From an uncultured Gemmatimonadota bacterium (GTDB lineage Bacteria; GCA-2686955; CAYMWF01): DNA of 32,000 nt. The DNA lies in assembly GCA_964394085.1 (NCBI GenBank), contig CAYMWF010000024.1:20749-52748 (forward strand), in the 5' to 3' direction. This document shows, piece by piece, positions 27,572 through 32,000 of the stretch; within the stretch, counting starts at the first letter, position 1, and each line of letters opens with the position of its first letter. A program made the translations under genes and the position numbers. The notes beneath the pieces were generated by a model. It saw only the letters and a list, made by a program, of their open reading frames with translations, was not told the DNA's origin and did no database searches.

Positions 27572-28444
27572 ATGCTCGAGTTGAAAATCCGCAATCTGGA
27601 TAAAACTTATGCCAACGGTGTTCAGGCTGTAAAGAATGTCTCGCTCGATATCCCGACCGGCCTGTTCGGTCTTCTCGGACCTAACGGCGCCGGTAAAACC
27701 ACCCTCATGAAAATAATCGCCACGCTGCTCGAACCCGACGGGGGCGAAATCAGGGTCGGGGGCATCGACGTTCTGAACCAGAAGCTCGAATTGAAGAGGA
27801 TACTGGGATACCTCCCGCAGGAATTCGGCTTCTATGCGAAAGACAGCGCTTACGCGCTGCTCGATCATTTCACCCTGCTCAAGGGGGTGAGGGACGGGAA
27901 GGCGCGCCGAAGGAAGGTGGAGGAGCTGCTGAAGAGGGTGAACCTCTGGAACGAGCGGAAGCAGAAGCTCGGCACCTTCTCCGGCGGGATGAAACAGCGT
28001 TTCGGCATCGCCCAGGCGCTGGTCGGGAACCCGAAACTGATCATCGTCGATGAGCCGACCGCGGGGCTGGACCCTGCCGAGCGGAACCGGTTTCACAATC
28101 TCCTGAGCGAGATCGGCGAAAATATCATCGTAATCCTGTCGACGCACATCGTCGACGATGTCAGCGATCTATGCACCAACATGGCTATTATGGATAACGG
28201 TGAGATCATTCTCCACGAAGAGACTTCCGCGGCGATTTCGGCGTTGAAGCAAAAAATCTGGGAGAGGCCGGTTCCCAAGTCCGAGCTGCCTGAATTCGAA
28301 AGCCGGTACCGGCTCCTCTCCACCCGGCTCTTCGGAGGTGAAACATTCATCCGAATCCGGAGCGACGAAAATCCGGGCAACGGTTTCAAATCCGTGGAAA
28401 CATCCCTGGAAGATGTATATTTCCACCACTTGAAACGAACTTGA
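27572..28444 (+). CDS. ABC transporter ATP-binding protein
   Basis: Annotated ORF 27425..28444; the ATG at 27572 with RBS AGGAAG starts MLELKIRNLDKTYANGVQAVKNVSLDIPTG. Walker A GPNGAGKTT, signature FSGGMKQR, Walker B LIIVDEPTAGLDP. Confidence 0.92.
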   Translation: MLELKIRNLDKTYANGVQAVKNVSLDIPTGLFGLLGPNGAGKTTLMKIIATLLEPDGGEIRVGGIDVLNQKLELKRILGYLPQEFGFYAKDSAYALLDHFTLLKGVRDGKARRRKVEELLKRVNLWNERKQKLGTFSGGMKQRFGIAQALVGNPKLIIVDEPTAGLDPAERNRFHNLLSEIGENIIVILSTHIVDDVSDLCTNMAIMDNGEIILHEETSAAISALKQKIWERPVPKSELPEFESRYRLLSTRLFGGETFIRIRSDENPGNGFKSVETSLEDVYFHHLKRT

Positions 28445-28458
28445 AAACGGGCGAAGGT

Positions 28459-31400
28459 ATGTTCTGGATAATCTTCCGGAAAGAATTCAAAAGGCTGCTG
28501 TTCAGCCTGCCTTTTCTCATTTTCTGGTGTCTCTTCGTTCTCATAACCTACATGACCGTTTCAAATATGAACCCGGGCACCATAATCATGGGCATCTCTT
28601 ACGGCAAGGAGATGCACAACGCACCCCTGGTCATCGCCCGCATCTTCTCCATCCTGACGGTTACGGGCCTGCTCTTTTCCCTGATCCTGATCGGCAGATC
28701 CGTGAACAGGGATTTCGACGCCCGGATCCACGATTTCTTCTTCACCATCCCGATGAGCAGGCTCGATTACCTGGGCGGGCGGTTCTGCGGGGGCCTGGCC
28801 GCCAACCTCGCTCTTTTCACGGCCGTTATTGCCGGGGTGATTCTCGGATGTCTCCCGCTGGAAGCGAAGTACTGCGCACCATTCAGTTTTTCTGCGTTCC
28901 TGCTGCCGATTCTTATCCTGGTTCTCCCGAACCTGCTCCTGATCGGGGGTATCTTCTTTTCGCTGGCGGTATTGAGCCGGAAGATGATCCTGACGTACGT
29001 CAGCGGCGTTCTCTTCTTGATGATTTACGTGTTCGTCCTCGGAGGTTTCGCCCGCAGCGAGAGCGATCTCCTGAGGATCCTGGGAGATCCTTTCGGGGTG
29101 ATGACTCTGACCGAGCTGACGAAATTCTGGACGGTTGCGGAGATCAATACGAACCGGATGCCGCTCGCCGGCCTCCTTTTCGTCAACAGGATAATCTGGC
29201 TCGGCGTGGCTTCGGGCTTTCTTCTATTCGCTTTCAGAAGGTTCGAATTCGTAACCGACCTCGAAACCCGGAAAAGAAAAAGCTCCACACCCGGCGAGGC
29301 GGTCCCGGAATCGAGAAGGGTAAGGTCGCTGGGTGATATCGAAGATTCGATACTCGAATACTCTTTCACCGCGCAGCTCGCCAAGATGTTCAGGAACGTC
29401 TCCATCGAATTCAGGAGGATTGTGTTCCATCCCGCCTTCCTGATTCTTACCTTCATGGCTATTACCGAGATACTTGCCAACTTCATCGGAAACATCGGCC
29501 AGACCGGCAATAACGAGTACCCGCTTACGGCCTGGTACCTGAGCCATGCCGACCATGTCTGGGCGTACATGATACCGGTGACCATTCTTTTCGGGGGATT
29601 GATCGTCTGGAGGGAGCGGGACAACGGCTCGAGCGGGTTCTTCGATACGGTTCCGGTGCCGGACTGGTTGAGCTGCCTCTCCAAGCTCCTGACTCTGATG
29701 AGCATACAGACATTCTACGTGGTTCTCGTCATCCTCGCCGGAATATGCACCCAGGTCTTCTATTTCGGCTTTTTCGACATCCAGCCGGATCTGTACATCA
29801 AGAAGATGTTCGGCATCGAGCTGATCAAATACTGGCACATGGCGATCCTGGTGCTGTTCATACAGAACCTGGTGCCGAACAGGTACCTGGGGTTCTTCCT
29901 GTGCGCCCTCTATTATGTCGCCGATCTCCTGATTTTCGGTGTTTTCAAGTATGAAAACATCCTCATGAGATACGGCGCCGTACCAAAGTATATATTCACG
30001 AACATGAACGGATACGGGCCGTACGCCGAAACCATATTCTGGTATACCGTCCACTGGGCGATGTTAGGACTGATACTGGTTTATATCTCGTCGATGCTGT
30101 GGCGGCGCAGCGATGAAACCCACCTGAAATACAGGATCAGGGGCGCTATCAAGAATCTCAGCAGTCATCGCGCGGCTTCCCTGCTGGTGTTAACGATTCT
30201 TTTTGTCGTATCCGGGGGATTCATCGGGTACAACAAGTATTTCCTGAACGATTATCTTTCGAAAAGAAGCGGACGGGCCCAGAGAGCCGCGTACGAGACG
30301 AAGTACGGAAAATTTGCGCATTTCCCCGGACCGAGCATCACGGGCGTCGATTTGAAAATCGATTTTTTTCCCGGAGAGAGAGAAATCGATATCAGGGGCT
30401 CTTACATACTGAAGAACAAGACCGCCGGGGTGATCGATACGATTTTCATCAGCCTGTCCGAGCGGGAGCTGGCCCGGATAAACAGGCTGGAGTTCACTCC
30501 GCGGGCGGACCTGACCTTCAAGGGGAAGGAATACGGTTTCAGGTGCTTCGAGCCTGAAAACCCTCTTTTGCCCGGCGAAGAAATCAAGCTTGAATTCGAT
30601 TTCGAAGTCGCTCCCAGGGGATTCTCCGAGAACAACCCGGTAGTCGAGGCGGCGAGGAACGGCAGCTCCCTTCTGCTGTCGGCGGGCACTCCGAAATTTT
30701 TCCCCGCGATAGGCTACTGCGAGCATGTCGAGCTCACAAAGAAACATGAGCGGAAGAAGCTGGGACTCCCTGAAAAAGCACTGAATCCGACCCTCGAGGA
30801 GTCGGACCCTTCGGAATGCTTCTGGCCTTCGGACCGGGCCCGTTTGAACGTCGTTCTCGGAACATGCGAAAGCCAGGTGGCTGTATCCAACGGCAGGCTT
30901 CTCGACCGATGGACCGAAAACGGGCGGAACTACTTCCATTACGGCTCGGATATACCGATGGCGAACGAGTTCGTGTTCGTTTCGGCGGAATATGAAATCG
31001 CCCGAGAAGAGTACAAGGGAATAAATATCGAAGTCTATTATGACAAGAAGCACGGATACAACATCCGGAGGATTATCGAAGGAGTCAAGGCTTCGCTCGA
31101 TTACAGCGTTTCGAACTACTGCCCCTTTCCGTACAAGGATGTAAAGATCGTCGAGATAACCGATTACATGTCGGGCGGCCTCGCGAGGTCTCAGCCGACC
31201 ATCTTCTCCTGGCGCGAAGACGGAGGGTTCCTGAGCCAGATCGACAATACCGAAGACGTGGACATGGTTTTCGGAATATGCACCCACGAGATGGCCCACC
31301 AGTGGTGGGGTTACATCGTGATGCCCGCCAGGTCGGAAGGCGCCTTCATGCTCACCGAAACCATGGCCCAATACGTCGAGATCATGTGCCTGGAAGATGA

Positions 31401-32000
31401 ATACGGCCGAAAGATGGCGGACAAGGAGCGGCGCCGTGAAATGAAAGAGTATCTCAAGAGACGGAAGAGCGATCGGGAGGGAGAGCGCCCCCTGATGAGG
31501 GCGAGCGAGAAGCAGCATTATATCAATTATCCGAAGAGCACCATCGTGATGTACGCCCTTCAGGATTATCTCGGTGAAGACCGGGTCAGCCTTGCCCTGC
31601 GGGGGATAACCGACGATTTCGGTCACCGGGAAGACTTGTTCGCCCGTTCTTCGGACGTGGTGCGGGCTTTCGAGAATATCGCCCCCGACAGCCTGCGGTA
31701 CCTTGTTTCCGACCTGTTCGAATATATCACCCTGTACGAAAACAGGGCGGACGAGGCGACCTTCGAAAGAGAAAAAAACGGCAAATACAAGGTCTTTCTA
31801 TCGGTATCCTCGAAGAAATTCCACGCGGACAGCCTCGGCGTCCAGGTGGAAGTGCCGCTGAATGACTATATCGAAGTAGGGGTTCTGGGAGAAGATGAGG
31901 AAGAACTCTACATGCGGAAGCGCAGATTCACGAAAGAAAAAATGGAATTCGAAATAGAGGTAGAAAAGCGACCGGTGAAAGCCGGCATCGATCCCCGTCT
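28459..32000 (+). CDS. ABC transporter permease fused to M1-family metallopeptidase domain (truncated at window end)
   Basis: Read directly from the sequence: ATG at 28459, MFWIIFRKEFKRLLFSLPFLIFWC..., many TM segments, then HEMAHQWWG (31285-31311) in the same frame with downstream TETMAQYVE. No in-frame stop noticed up to 32000; absent from the ORF list because it has no stop in the window. Confidence 0.85.
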   Translation, partial: MFWIIFRKEFKRLLFSLPFLIFWCLFVLITYMTVSNMNPGTIIMGISYGKEMHNAPLVIARIFSILTVTGLLFSLILIGRSVNRDFDARIHDFFFTIPMSRLDYLGGRFCGGLAANLALFTAVIAGVILGCLPLEAKYCAPFSFSAFLLPILILVLPNLLLIGGIFFSLAVLSRKMILTYVSGVLFLMIYVFVLGGFARSESDLLRILGDPFGVMTLTELTKFWTVAEINTNRMPLAGLLFVNRIIWLGVASGFLLFAFRRFEFVTDLETRKRKSSTPGEAVPESRRVRSLGDIEDSILEYSFTAQLAKMFRNVSIEFRRIVFHPAFLILTFMAITEILANFIGNIGQTGNNEYPLTAWYLSHADHVWAYMIPVTILFGGLIVWRERDNGSSGFFDTVPVPDWLSCLSKLLTLMSIQTFYVVLVILAGICTQVFYFGFFDIQPDLYIKKMFGIELIKYWHMAILVLFIQNLVPNRYLGFFLCALYYVADLLIFGVFKYENILMRYGAVPKYIFTNMNGYGPYAETIFWYTVHWAMLGLILVYISSMLWRRSDETHLKYRIRGAIKNLSSHRAASLLVLTILFVVSGGFIGYNKYFLNDYLSKRSGRAQRAAYETKYGKFAHFPGPSITGVDLKIDFFPGEREIDIRGSYILKNKTAGVIDTIFISLSERELARINRLEFTPRADLTFKGKEYGFRCFEPENPLLPGEEIKLEFDFEVAPRGFSENNPVVEAARNGSSLLLSAGTPKFFPAIGYCEHVELTKKHERKKLGLPEKALNPTLEESDPSECFWPSDRARLNVVLGTCESQVAVSNGRLLDRWTENGRNYFHYGSDIPMANEFVFVSAEYEIAREEYKGINIEVYYDKKHGYNIRRIIEGVKASLDYSVSNYCPFPYKDVKIVEITDYMSGGLARSQPTIFSWREDGGFLSQIDNTEDVDMVFGICTHEMAHQWWGYIVMPARSEGAFMLTETMAQYVEIMCLEDEYGRKMADKERRREMKEYLKRRKSDREGERPLMRASEKQHYINYPKSTIVMYALQDYLGEDRVSLALRGITDDFGHREDLFARSSDVVRAFENIAPDSLRYLVSDLFEYITLYENRADEATFEREKNGKYKVFLSVSSKKFHADSLGVQVEVPLNDYIEVGVLGEDEEELYMRKRRFTKEKMEFEIEVEKRPVKAGIDPR

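Noticed and set aside
30190-31626. 478-aa minus-strand ORF, plus the 29224..30054 (-), 29025..29705 (-) and 28527..29336 (+) ORFs
   Set aside because: Shadow ORFs inside the real plus-strand permease-M1 coding frame, which has recognisable TM segments and HEMAHQWWG. The shadow translations have no family-like motifs.
1-32000. CRISPR arrays, prophage or integrase modules, tRNA/rRNA genes
   Set aside because: No regularly spaced direct repeats, integrase or structural phage motifs, or tRNA-like cloverleaf noticed on either strand. A tool scan (tRNAscan-SE, MinCED) would be needed to exclude them formally.

Overview
32-kb bacterial window, no rRNA, tRNA, CRISPR or transposase gene seen. Minus-strand block 646-9703: a large membrane SGNH/GDSL-hydrolase-like protein, a HEAT-like protein, a Bax1/DUF790-like nuclease overlapping an XPB-family helicase gene, a secreted M28 peptidase and a secreted beta-helix protein. 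Plus strand from 9954: a PAS hybrid histidine kinase, a small exported protein, two adjacent dynamin-like GTPases, a YgbA-like protein overlapping the second GTPase by 4 nt, then an exported OmpA-family protein. A second hybrid kinase lies on the minus strand (19325-21160), divergent from a PAS/LuxR-type regulator. Next come an OprC/NosA-like copper TonB receptor, a protein resembling the helical domain of 5-hmdU DNA kinase / thymine-pyrophosphorylase families with a small conserved-looking partner ORF, an O-methyltransferase-like protein, an ABC ATPase, and an ABC-permease/M1-peptidase fusion running off the right edge. The best candidates for an under-described system are (i) the dynamin-like GTPase pair coupled to a YgbA-like protein (13326-17423) and (ii) the hmdU-kinase-helical-domain gene with its 84-aa partner (25224-26370). 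The bacterial XPB-Bax1 pair is a third point of interest. All family names come from motif reading and memory of families, with no database search.
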